Assembly (NCBI GenBank): GCA_951406725.2
Contig: OX597817.1
Location: 28,954,001 to 29,018,000 of the forward strand
Reading direction: 5' to 3'
DNA from: Octopus vulgaris
Taxonomy: Eukaryota
DNA: 64,000 nt
In this document: piece after piece, positions 1-12,370 of the stretch
Layout: the number at the start of each line of letters is the position of its first letter
How positions within the stretch are numbered: position 1 is the stretch's first letter
Translations under genes and position numbers: made by a program
The notes under the pieces: model-generated
Told to the model about the DNA's origin: nothing
Database searches by the model: none
The model's input: the letters and a program-made list of their open reading frames with translations, nothing else

Positions 1-864
1 GTGAAGTTGATATTCAGCTTGAGAGGACTTTTTAGTCTTCGTAAGGACAAGAGATTCTTTGTAATGCTGGTACCATGATAAAATGTATTCGGGTATAATC
101 TATAAAGTGGTTGGTATTATACATCTAGCTGTAAAAACAGTACTTAAATTGGAACCAGCAACCAGCTGTTCACTACCTTATCTGAATGTCCCATATAGGC
201 GTGACTATTGTTAGTGTGGGGAGGTCATCAATGACATATGACAAGGCAATAAGAGTGACAGCAGATAAGAGAGGATGTTAAAGATAAGGTAATGGCAGTC
301 ATAAGATGTATCTCAGAGGAGAGGGAGAGATAACAGGAGGCACAGAAAGGGATGATTAGTGGTAAAAAAAAAAAGAGGAAGGGATGATGTTGAGAATGAG
401 TGAGGTATTTTTGAGAGGAAGGGGTTCTGGGAGGAGTGGGAGATAACTGTTAACACAAAGGGAAATGAAATATGTGCATCCTATGATATAATTATAATCA
501 CAAATCATGCCATAGAAGAGTGGTGGAATGGGTGTTAGGAAGATGAGAGGTGGAGAAGGCCTGATGAGGATACATGAGAAGCTGAACAAGGCCCAGTAAG
601 TGTTTACACATAAACATCATGCTTGCAAGACCTTACATTTGTTAATGGGTCTTTTTGAACACAGCTTTGGTTTTTGTTTTCAGCCACATCATTCCACATT
701 TTGAAGAATGAATAGGGTGGAATTCATACTTAAAATTCAGTCGACTTAACATAACTTGTACATTAGTAATGATAATTAACATAGAAAACGTTTATAACAA
801 ATTCTTTTGCATTTTTTTTTAATGCGCTGAAGCCCCTGTAAGAGAAAGTCATTTGATTTCCTGA

Positions 865-1290
865 TATCATCAATCATCATCAACATTTAACCCTTTAGTG
901 TTCTGATTATTCTATCAAACACAATGCTTATTGATTCCCATTGATTTGAATTAATCATGCATTATCTCATATCTTCAAGATCTAGATGGTGTAATTACTT
1001 AATGTAGAATAACATTGTAGGGTAGGTGTGAGGGCCTGGATCTGGTCAGTTTGAACATAAAACAGATTAGCTATTTTGGCCAGATATGGCCGGTTTAAAT
1101 ACTAAAGGGTTAATATCCATTTTCCTTGCTGACATGGGTTGAATGGCAAAGCCAGGGGCTGCACCAGGTTCCATAGTCTGTTTTAGCTTGTTTTCAACAG
1201 ACAACTTTCTAATGCCAGCCATTTTATAGGGTGTACTGGGTGCTTTTTACATGGCACCAGTACTTTTTATGTGGCACCAGCACCCAAACC
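865..1290 (-). mobile_element. Degenerate copy of (GAT)n-tailed retroposon family C, interrupted by a MITE
   Basis: (cat)n-ttaa...tccattttccttgctgacatgggttgaatgg...ggctgcaccagg...gggtgctttttacatggcacc matches the cleaner copies at 8281, 12109 and 60338. Confidence 0.6.
891..1109. mobile_element. piggyBac-type MITE
   Basis: TTAA (887-890) | CCCTTTAGT ... ACTAAAGGG | TTAA (1110-1113): terminal inverted repeats with CCC/GGG ends and a TTAA duplication. Removing it restores the family C tail. Confidence 0.75.
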
Positions 1291-2274
1291 AATGCTTTTT
1301 ACAAGGTACTTTGGTTTGGGAGCTCAACTGTGTTGTGGTGGGTGGGTCTTCTCGAGTCTGATAATATACATAATGGAATGAAACTCAAATAGTAATGATT
1401 AACATATCATAAAACCTGATGCTTTGTAACAAGTGTTTGTGTATATGTGCTTGTGTTTACATGCTGGAATACATGTATATCTTTGTTTGTCTGTTCATGT
1501 GTATTAATGTTTGTGGATGTGCAGATATAAAGTCAGGTTTTAAATTTATTTCAGATATAATTATCAAATGAAATCTATTATTAGTAAAATAGTAATTAAA
1601 AATCTATCACTAACAGTTACCAAAAAAATGTAATTTCATATAAACTCTCCCTTACACCTGAACACCCACAAACTTAAAGTAAGCAAATATGATTGCAGAA
1701 TAATATATTGATGAAGAGGTTTGTGTAATTAATAATATATATGAAAATAATATTCTGTCTTTTCAACCATTTAATGCAAATCATATCTGTTTGTGGCAGA
1801 TGGCAAAAGTGATGAGAGCTATATATTTTTTTTTACTTCTTTCAGAGCAATTTTCAAGAAAACAATAACCTATCATTTCTTTATATGGGAATGGAGGTTT
1901 ACTAGCTATGTATTAAGCACATATCGAAAACAATAACAATAGTAATAATACTAATAATCATAATTATTATTATTATTATTGCAGTGTTAATAATATTACC
2001 ATCTGACTTGCACATTTTTTTTCTTTGTGTTAAAATATTAGCTGAATTTCTAATGTCCACTGTGTATATCAATCCAATATCATTTCATTTGTACTTTTTT
2101 TGATATTTTATGCAATTAGATTTTTTCTTTTTTCTCATGGTGGATGGATGTTAGAATCTGTTGAGTATTAAACAAAATAGATAGTTGTATTTAGTTGCAT
2201 TCTGAATTCAAACCCCACTTAAGATCATTGTTCATTTCATCCTAAGATCAAGAAGCATGTAACAACTATTGTAA

Positions 2275-2673
2275 TCTTTATATATAAAAGCCAAGTTTTG
2301 TGTCTGTCTCCTACGATTTAGATTCCTAACTACTCCCACATTTTGCGGTGCAGTTTAACCAAAACCGGGTATCTTATAGTCGTGATTCATATCGAGCCCT
2401 TCTGGGTATTAGCGCGTGTCTACGATGAGTCTACGATTTAAAAAAAAATTTACCATCATTTTTTTCCATTTCAATGCATTTTTTTCGCTATTATATAAGG
2501 GAAGTAACTCTCTAAAAATGTCTACGATGAGTCAACGATTTAAAAAAAAATTTACAATAATTTTTTTTTCATTTTTAATGCATTTTTTTGCTATTTTTTG
2601 GCTATAACTCTCTAAAAATGCTTATATAGTTATTTCCCTTACAAACCCAAGCAACGCCGGGCGATACTGCTAG
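2275..2673 (+). mobile_element. Non-autonomous Helitron
   Basis: A|TC at the 5' end, CTAG|T at the 3' end, subterminal GC hairpin (cccaagcaacgccggg), no TSD. A homologous copy lies at 59359-59868 on the minus strand. It has an internal ~100-bp tandem duplication (about 2418-2620). Confidence 0.8.
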
Positions 2674-3043
2674 TGAATACTAAATAAAGGTACTAAGATG
2701 TACCCTTGAAGGTACAACATAGTGTTATCTCAATGACTGAAGGCAGCAGGAAAAAGAAAACCCAAAGTTACTGGGGAAAAAATAAATAACAAATACAGTG
2801 CTTCTGAATTTGCAACACATTGTTGGGTGACTCTAGTTCAAATCTGCAAACCTCATGATATCATATTTTGAAATAACCATATATATCATATTCATGAACA
2901 TGGAAATGTTTATATAATAGATGGTACATATTTCACTGCAAGCTTGTCTGATGTACTTTCAGTATTCTGTAGTCCAATCATAATGCATGTACATTCTCCT
3001 TCCCTCCTTATTCTTTCTTTCTTTCTCTCGCACTTTCTGTATG

Positions 3044-3173
3044 AGTGTGTTTGTGTGTGTGTGTGTGTATGTATGTGTGTGTGCGCGTATGTGTGTGTGT
3101 GTGTGTGTGATATGAAAATGGGACAATACCAAACATCTTCACACTCTCTCTCTCACTCTCTCACACACACACA

Positions 3174-3220
<47 letters not shown>
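3044..3220. repeat. (TG)n and (CA)n microsatellites
   Basis: Directly visible dinucleotide tracts. They explain the VCVC/THTH ORF at 2944-3318. Confidence 0.95.
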
Positions 3221-3224
<4 letters not shown>

Positions 3225-3671
3225 GAGTAGTTTGCCCTCCAAGTTCTTGCTTATGCATGTTCATTCAGGCGACAAAGATACACACACACACACATGCACA
3301 CACACATGTCAAAAATAGTAGAGTAAAATGAAATAGCTACTATACATACTAGTGATCTGCCAATAGAGATCTCAGTCAACACAGTACTGTAGCATGCAAT
3401 TGTTGTAAATGAACTTCACCTTCAGACATCATTCATTTTCATTCTTCTATGACAACATGGGAAAATATTAGTTTGACTGAAACCAGCAAGTTTCAGTGAC
3501 AGGAAAGGTATTTAGCTGTAGAAAATCTGTCCCAATGGATTCTGTGTGACCAATGCAAGAATGGACAAGTGGGCTTTAGAATAAAGATGAAAACTTACAA
3601 AAGTTGTAACACCTGTAGGCTTTGAATGCCATGACTGCTGTAAACATTATAGCTGTGTTGACCATTGTGTA

Positions 3672-4062
3672 TTCTTTTATTTGTTTCAGTCATTGACTTG
3701 CGGTCATGCTGGAGCCATGCATTGAAGGATTTTAATCAGACAAATCGACCCCAGAATTTATTTTTTAAGCCTAGTACTTATTCTTTTGCCAAACTGCTAA
3801 GTTAAGGGGATATAAATACACCAACACCAGTTGTCAAGCAGATGGAGGGACAAATACACATGCACACACAGATATATATACATATATATATGTATATTCG
3901 ACAAGCTTCTTTCAGTTACCATCTACCTAGTCCACTTACAAGGCTTTGGTCAGTCTGAGGCTATATTAGAAGACACTTACCCAAGGTGCCACACAGTGGG
4001 ATTGAACCTGGAGCCATGTGTTTGAGAAGCAAGCTTCTTATCACACAGCCACATCTGTGCCT
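3672..4062 (-). mobile_element. tRNA-derived SINE, family A (older copy)
   Basis: Homologous to 10266-10673 and 40514-40900. Has an A/B-box-like head (tggctgtgtg..., ggttcaatccc) and a CORE-like gtggcaccttggg segment. Confidence 0.8.
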
Positions 4063-5789
4063 ATTATGTATATAAATATATACATGCATATATATAAAGC
4101 TCCTGTCAGATAGTGGTTAGTAATATATCTCTGACCATATTCAAACCTGAGAAAGATATATTGTAGATGATAAAGAATTTCTCCTCCCGATGGCACTATT
4201 GTTATTCCAAGGGTAAGTCAAGGTCAATAAAGCTTGCTACTAGTGTTGTTGCAGGTATTGCAATCAGAATGCAAAGAACCAGAACAGTTACCACTAAAAA
4301 TTCTGTTTGACACTGTATCTGTTCCACTAATCACCACTGGGACTGATATGGTTTTGTCAGTATTGAAAAGATGACAGGTTAGGATGATTTCTACAGGATT
4401 TGAGCTCAGCATGATGTGAGTCAGAAAAAACATTCTAACAATTCTGTAAACCCAACACACACGCACGTGCACATGCAAACAATCATGCCATAGTAATAAG
4501 TAAATTGATCTTCTGTTGGCAATGATTATACATGTATAACAATCAATAAAACAATCTACTAATTGATATATAATCTAAGTGCCTAACTAGTAGACAAGCA
4601 GTTGTCTTAGTAAATTTTAACCATAATCATCATGACTTAATGTATGATCAGTTTGACTACTTGTTTTACAGTTTACAAATTTCTACACAATCCTGACACA
4701 CCCAATTTTACTCAAGGCTGAGTTGTCCTGCTTCTATCATTGTAAATACTTGCCGAAGGTGCTGCACAGTTTTGTAAAACTCAGGATCTTATATTTCTAT
4801 AGCAAACGTCTTAACAATTTGGACTTACTTTGTCCTTTCTATGTGCGTCCCCACAACATATGCATACACAAACATACATTCATATATATGAACAAAACCT
4901 TGAAATACTAGAAAACTAGAATCTTCAAGCAGTAGATTTGTTGAATTTGATTGAAATGAGGAAACTTGGTGTAGTGACAGGCTGAAGTTTCAGTATTGAA
5001 CACTTTGACTACTTTTTGTTATTTTATCCACACCTCAGAAAGTCTGTGTGATGATGTATTTCTCAGTCAGGCATATCAGGCATCTTTATTTATGTGATAG
5101 CAAAAGCAGTAGCTATTTGTATATCTGACCGTTGATTTGTTTTTTCTTTTTGTCTTTCTACTACATCTTGCCAATATTATGTTTCATCTTGTTTCTCCTT
5201 GTGCACACTTGAATTCTTTGGCCACAATTTCTTGCTTTCCTTTGTTTCAGATGATAGTCTGTTTTGTAACCTTACATTTCTGTTAGCAAAGGATCTCACG
5301 AAATTGAAACCAAACATTTGTTTTCATCTCTCTCTTGCATTTCTAGTACACTGAATAAAAAAAAGAAGAAAAAAAACACTGAACTGTAAAAAAACCCCTC
5401 CCTTTCACCTTGCATTGCTTTGTTTCATGCAAGAAAAATTTTAACACCTACTCCTTACAACTACAGAATTAGTTTTGCACACTATCTCTCACTCACAAAT
5501 TGTGACTGGACATGAGAATTCTACATACTAGATTGCATGAGGTTGTAAGTAAGTTTTCTGCTCAATCTGTGGCATGTATGGCTAAACACCATATTTCCAT
5601 GCACTGGTAATGATCCAATGATAAAAGTATTATAATATTCTTTTTTCTTTCTTATATATATTTTTATGTAATTTATCTTTTGTTAATCTGACTTGTTTAG
5701 TTCTGCAATCAACATAATAAGAATATTGTAAGTCAATATTTTACCCGTTGTCAAGTAATTTCTTTTGTAGGAGTAGAAAATTGAAGTAT

Positions 5790-6335
5790 GGAGCCTTGCC
5801 CATAGCCTTTTCAGAGTCTCTAAGATTGTAAAATTGATCCAGTTTACATTTTGTGTAAGAAATATGTGCAAGGAAGGAATTCTTAATGAACAACATTCAG
5901 TAAAAGTGGTTATGATAGAGCCAAGGTGTGGGACACAATATAATATGGGGTGAGTAATGAGATCAGGAGAGATGAAAATGTTCAGAGTTCTGTGTAGAGG
6001 TGACTCAAGACCAACCAAGGTTACTGTAATAGCATTATAAAGGCAGAGAGATGATGTAGGAGGCCTCTGGGTGAGATGTTTAAGTGTGTTGGTGAACAGC
6101 TTTATACTGTTTCAAAATGTGCATCAATCAGCTACCTCCAAACATCAACCACTGGCAACTTGATCATCTCTTGTCCATGATCAAAATCTCTGAACATTTC
6201 TCCACCACTAACAGCTACTAACCTTCTACAAAGTTCAAGCAAGTCTCACAATGGAGTATTGTTCCAATATTTGGAATTGTACTGCTGCTACATGCACACA
6301 CATCGTAGACTTTGTCCAGAGAAAAGATATTTGAT
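5790..6335. mobile_element. CR1/L2-group LINE 3' relic with inverted 5' segment
   Basis: The + strand at 6212-6334 reads QLLTFYKVQASLTMEYCSNIWNCTAATCTHIVDFVQRKDI*. The - strand from ~6099 reads LFTNTLKHLTQRPPTSSLCL. These are consecutive blocks of the CR1-group ORF2 C-terminus on opposite strands. Confidence 0.6.
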
Positions 6336-8277
6336 GGTTTTGTATGAATTCACTTAGCATTACACTCTACAGATGTGCTAAGAACTTTAAATCCATTTGC
6401 ATATCCCCATCTCATCAATTTTGTGTCCTACATTAAGCCCTCTTTCTTGGTAAAATATAAACAGCATCAGTTTCATTGGTCTTGAAGAGTTGTGAAGGAA
6501 ATAGGCTCCGCTTCTTCCTCTAGACCCAGCATTTAAAATAAATAGATGGACAGAAAGAAAATAAAAAAAGTGGGATAATATAACCTGCATATGTGTTCAA
6601 AACAATGATTTTGGAAACAACTGAACTGCATCAGTAGCATTATGAAATTTGTTCACAATGAATATTTCAACTTTAAAGAATTAGAACCAGTCATCAATTT
6701 TTGTTCTAATCAAAGAAGTGAATTTATTATAGTTTTTTCGCGGATTTGTTTTATTACATTCACAATGACACTCACCTTTGCTTTTAAAAAACCATAGAAA
6801 ACCAAAACAAACATAGTTTGTGTGCATTTGTTAGATTCAAATTATTAGATTTTTGTTTTATTATATTCACAGTAATATTCTGCTTTCAAAACCATGGCCA
6901 CAACATAATTTGTGCTTATTTTCATCCTTATTGTTGTGAATATTTTTAAACAATGTAATTATTTTTTGTTAGTATATTATCTGAAGGTAGCTTCTTTTAT
7001 TTATCAGAAGTCCATAATTAATACAATACTGGCATAGAGAATTTAGTGAATAAGTAGTCACATTTAGTTCTATTAGCAAAAAGTCTTAATGGGCTGTTGC
7101 TCAACCTGCAAAAAGACAAAACAAATCCCTCTCAAATCATGCACTAACCCCTTAAAAGTAGAAAGATACATTAGATAGTGTAGTCCTGGATACATTATGT
7201 CCAAAAAAAAAAAAAACCCCTGGAACAGCCAGAGTTGGAATGCTAATGCTAACGATCATTGGCCTGCTAGATAATGGTTGACCTAGAGCACTTGACAACA
7301 GCAACAATAATAATGCATTTTACTCTTTGTGCAAAAGAGTGACTGTATGTAGTGAGATAAGTAGTGAGTTAAAAAAGTGCTCAGTACTATAAAGTTAATG
7401 TAAACATGGGAAAAAGTAGTGTGGTCAGATCTGTAGGTATTGCTCTTCACAGATAAAATAACAATATTATGTGTGGTGATATGCTGTATGTACAGCTTTG
7501 TCTATGTAAAACTAGAATGGCAAGATTAGCACAAAAATGATGGTAGTAGTGGTTATGATTACTATTCAAATTTGATTTAGTCAAAGTGTTGACTTTTGCA
7601 TGGATTAAAGAGAAAATTTTGGAAATTGTTCAACATTTAACCTTCTTATCTTTGTAAAATGAAATTTCTTGAGCACTATGAATGGTGATGTAAAGATAAG
7701 TGTTTCACTAAAGTATCCAAGCCATCTTTATATTCAGTTGCAGGTGCAGCCAAGTACCTTTTCTTAATCCTATGCCCAATAATAAAGCAGGATTAGCTAA
7801 ATGTCAGTAAATACATTTTGCTTCTACACCAAACTGCAGTATATTGACTACTTTAGAATCTCTTTCTTAATCTTACTTTTGACCTCATGATTTCATAAGC
7901 AGCAAACAAACATTTTCAATATCTGTCAAAATGAAGTTTTTATGTTAGCACCACTACTTAACTTAAGATCAGTCTCACTGAATTATATTGGACACCAAAT
8001 TGAAAATACTAGCAAAGAATGAATCTAGTGCTGATTGACTATTTTACCAAACTCTTTACTTGCAAAATTTGCTAATGAAAGTTTATTTTATATAACTAAG
8101 TGAAACAATTTTTTTTTTTTTTTTGCATCTTATCAATTAGCAGAACTTCTGTGAAATATTCAGATTTCTTTTTCTTTATAAAAGCCTTCATTTCAATAAG
8201 GCTATACTGGAATTGGACGGTGTTGCTGTTTATTCTTTATTTCTTAATAAATATGTTAGACAACCCAAGGACACTGT

Positions 8278-8280
<3 letters not shown>

Positions 8281-8308
<28 letters not shown>

Positions 8309-8553
8309 TTAGCGTCCGCTTTCCATGCTAGCATGGGTTGGACGGTTCAACTGAGGTCTGTGAAGCTGGAAGGCTTCGTCAGGCCCAGTCAGATCTGGCA
8401 GTGTTTCTACGGCTGGATGCCCTTCCTAACGCCAACCACTCCGTGAGTGTAGTGGGTGCTTTTTATGTGCCACCTGCACAGGTGCCAGACAGAGCTGGCA
8501 AATGGCCATGAACGGACGGTGCTTTTACGTGTCACCGGCACGGGGCCAGGCGA
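8281..8553 (-). mobile_element. (GAT)n-tailed retroposon family C (SINE or RTE-type 3' region), 5'-truncated
   Basis: Reverse complement of ggcgttaggaagggcatccagccgtagaaac...ccaacccatgctagcatggaaagcggacgctaaa(tga)n. Possible TSD tgtaaa. Confidence 0.8.
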
Positions 8554-10036
8554 TGTAAAGATTTCACTAATATTTATTTTTACCTTTATGTTGATATACC
8601 ATCTGTTCTTCTATATAGAGCAGCACTTTTCCCTCTGCAGAAATGGTAAAACTTCATCAGTCATTTGTTTCTTAAACTCTCTTGTGTTAGGGCCAAAAGA
8701 AAGGAGTAATTCTTAGACAATGCATTTTTACATACTCACAAATATTCTCACACAATAACACCTGTACATAAGCACATACACACACATACACACATTTTAT
8801 TTCATCACTTTCTAAAGATAAAATTGGATTGGGTTTAGCTGAGATCTCTTTGTTATAGATCAGAGTATTTTCCAGACATAGTAGACATCTGAGACACAAT
8901 TTTAACATCTTCATTTTGCTCTTAAATACTAATAATTTGAAGGAAATTCCTCAAAAGAAAGTAAAACATGTATCTGTTTAAAACTAAAGTAGTTTTATTT
9001 CTGAGTGCTGGTAATGTTACTGTCTAAGTTCCAGTAACATGTTTGTTACAGAAATTCTAAATTGGTTTACTCATGACTAAAACTATATCTTCTTCCTCTA
9101 ACTTTCTTATTATAATGGCATCATAAAGTGTATAAGGTTGCATATAAAGTTTAGTCAATATTGTTTCACTTTATAAATTTATGGGCATTATCAACCCAAG
9201 GGATTACATTCAGTTTGGTGAAAGATATTTCTATGTTTGGTTTCTCTTTCAATGGGAATTTTGAAAAATCACAAATTAAGTAAAAGCTGATAATGAAATT
9301 TTTACACTATTAAAATAATTTACCATTGTTATTTTTCTTTCTGCTGTTGTTTTCATTATAACAAATGAAACAACATTTTTCATTGCTATAAACTGGGGAA
9401 ACAATTGAGATTATAGTTTATGTCCTAACATTTGGTAATGCATGTTAATCTATACTGATTTTTCTTTTTGTATTTTCTCAAGATTTATTTATTCTACACA
9501 CAGTTATACTACTCTATCCTTTTCATCATCATTACCATTTGCAGAATCAGTTAATTGCTTTATTAGAATTATAACTAGATCTAACTTTCTGGACTTTGTG
9601 TAGTTATAAAAATGGTTGTGTTTTTAGTTCTTTATTAAAACTATGTTGGAATAACAGCATCTAGTATAGAATTATTTATCATTTAGCTTGCTTTATTTTT
9701 AAATCCTTTCTTGAGAGTATTTTCATCTTTAAGGAGTACTTAATTCTGTAGATGGTCTACCATATGATTATGAACTTTCTTCGACATTAAAGACTCTTCA
9801 AGAAACCTAAATCTTTTCAGTTTCACATTCCCCAGAATTGGGACCTCTGTATCTATGTCTTTCTATGTAAAACTCTGTTTATCATTCTTATTGTTATCTT
9901 ATGACATTCCATATGTATTGCTCTACAAGCTCTGCTAGATTTTTCTTGCTTCCTCTTATAGTTATGAACAAAAAGCAATAATGTGATAAAAGGTTTTTAA
10001 TGTTATTCTTTAGCCCAGGTCAGTTTTGTCTGATAG

Positions 10037-10265
10037 GCTTATGATCAAAAATATTTCAACCCTGACTACCCTGTCTTTCATCCAGGGCTAAAACCACATT
10101 ATCTAATGCATCCTTCCACTTTTCTTTGTAGGGTATGTTTAAAAGAGATTTGGCCTCTATTTTGAGCGAATTAAGTGATAACTTGAATTAAATCCTGTTG
10201 CATTTGGAAGGGACGGGCTGGTATTAATAACTTGAGTGCCAATACAATATGAGTCATGTTCATAT
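10037..10265 (+). repeat. 229-bp direct repeat, left copy
   Basis: gcttatgatcaaaaatatt...gagtcatgttcatat recurs at 10672-10900 with about 4 substitutions. Confidence 0.95.
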
Positions 10266-10673
10266 ACTCTTTACTCTCTTTTACTCTTTTACTTGTTTCA
10301 GTCATTTGACTGCAGCCATGCTGGAGCACCACCTTTAATTGAGCAAATTGACCCCGGGACTTATTCTTTTGTAAGCCCAGTACTTATTCTATCGGTCTCT
10401 TTTGCCGAACCGCTAAGTAACGGGGACATAAACACACCAGCATCGGTTGTCAAGCAATGCTAGGGGGACAAACACAGATACACAAACACACACACGCATA
10501 TATATACATACATATATACGACGGGCTTCTTTCAGTTTCCGTTGACCAAATCCACTCACAAAGCTTTGGTCGGCCCGAGGCTATAGTAGAAGACACTTGC
10601 CCAAGGTGCCACACAGTGGGACTGAACCCGGAACCATGTGGTTCAGCTACTTACCACACAGCCACTCCTGCGC
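10266..10673 (-). mobile_element. tRNA-derived SINE, family A, near full length
   Basis: Reverse-complement head gcgcaggagtggctgtgtggtaag...ggttcagtccc, CORE-like block, (AAAGAGT)n-type tail. Several copies in the window. Confidence 0.9.
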
Positions 10674-10900
10674 TTATGATCAAAAATATTTCAACCCTGA
10701 CTACCCTGTCTTTCATCCAGGGCTAAAACCACATTATCTAATGCATCCTTCCACTTTTCTTTGTAGGGTATGTTTAAAAGAGATTTGGCCTCTATTTTGA
10801 GCGAATTAAGTGATAACTTGAATTTAATCCTGTTGCATTTGGAAGGACCGGGCTGGTATTAATAACTTGAGTGTCAATACAATATGAGTCATGTTCATAT
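10672..10900 (+). repeat. 229-bp direct repeat, right copy
   Basis: Same length as 10037-10265 and about 98% identical by eye. Confidence 0.95.
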
Positions 10901-12108
10901 GTATTTAATTGTGCTGTAAACTTAGGCCCTGGGCTCAGGTCACAAGAGATTTCTCTCATTTATTTAGAAATAATACTCTCTATTTCACTGATTCTAAGGA
11001 TTGAATCTTGTTGCTTTTTTGTTCGTTCTTAACATTTTTAAGAGTATAAATATACATCAATGTCATTGCTGATTTTTACTGATTATGAGGATTTTTAGTG
11101 TCACATGCCTGTGTGACATTATAATACTTGGACAAATTAACCTACATTATTCAAGCCAAATATTATTATGTTCACAACTACTTTTCTGATTTTTTTTTCT
11201 CCTTTTTTTTTGTTTCCAATTGCTGTTTATTACTGATATTATTTTGTTATTAGTCTTACTAGCAAGAAGGTTGTATTTAAAGTCACATCTAATAATAGTC
11301 TTTTCACTAATTCATTCTTAAATTCCATTTTTAATTTAGTTTGTTTCTAATATTTCATTGTAGATATTTTATCAACAGTAAATGTTGACTGATGTTAAAA
11401 CTTGCTTTCTCTGATTGTTCTAATTGCATTTGGGTTGGTCCTGTTTCTCTCATATAATTCCCATATCTTACTCCAATAGATGTATCTGGGTGTATAAACA
11501 CACACACACAATATTTGTTAAGGATTTTCTTGAACATGAAAAAAATATTCCTAAATCTTGCATATGGATGTTAAGCTACATATGCTAATATGTCATTATA
11601 TATATATGTAAGACTGATTTTATTTGTCTCTACTTGTTGACAAAAGGTAGCTAATTGGCAGAGTCATTAGAGTTTTGAATAGAAATGCCTTGCAGTGTTT
11701 GTTCCAGCTGTCATTGCTCTGAGTTGAAATCCTGCTGAGATGCAACTTTGCCTTTCACCAATTCAGGGTGAAGGACTGTTGAAGATGTTAGAATATCAAT
11801 CAAAATGTCTTGCAGTAGCTATTCCAGCTCTTTGAATTCTTACAGCAACACCTGCAACAACACTGGTGTCAAAATATCAGCTGACTTGGGTAGATATAGT
11901 TAATCACGAGACTTTCTGATACAGTCTTTCTATTGGATAAAAGTCAGTGACATGGAAAGAAAGAAGAGACTTGCATGCATAGATAACTTTTAGTCTTCCT
12001 CAAAATTCCTTACCAAGGCCAGCACACACATGTGCAGGATTATAGTTGATATTGACTGATTGAAACCTTCTTGTCTACATGTGTGCAAATTAGTGACAAG
12101 TGGACAAA

Positions 12109-12370
12109 TCATCATCATCATTGTTTAATGTCTGTTTTCCGTGCTAGCATGGGCTGGACGGTTCAACCTGGGTCTGGGAAGCCAGGGGGCTGCACCAGGC
12201 TCCAGTCTGATCTGGCAGTGTTTCTACAGCTGGATGCCGTTCCTAACGCCAACCACTCCATGAGTGTAGTGGGTGATTTTTACATGCCACCGGCACAGGT
12301 GCCAGGGGAGGCTGGCAGTGGTCACGATCAGTTGGTGCTTTTTACGTGCCACCGGCACAGAAGCCAGTCA
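12109..12370 (-). mobile_element. Retroposon family C copy
   Basis: (cat)n tail, gctagcatgggctggacgg, ctggatgccgttcctaacgccaaccactcc, and gtgccaccggcac units. Confidence 0.8.

Noticed and set aside
2944-3318. ORFs rich in VC/TH/YI repeats here and throughout the track
   Set aside because: They are translations of (TG)n, (CA)n and (TA)n microsatellites.
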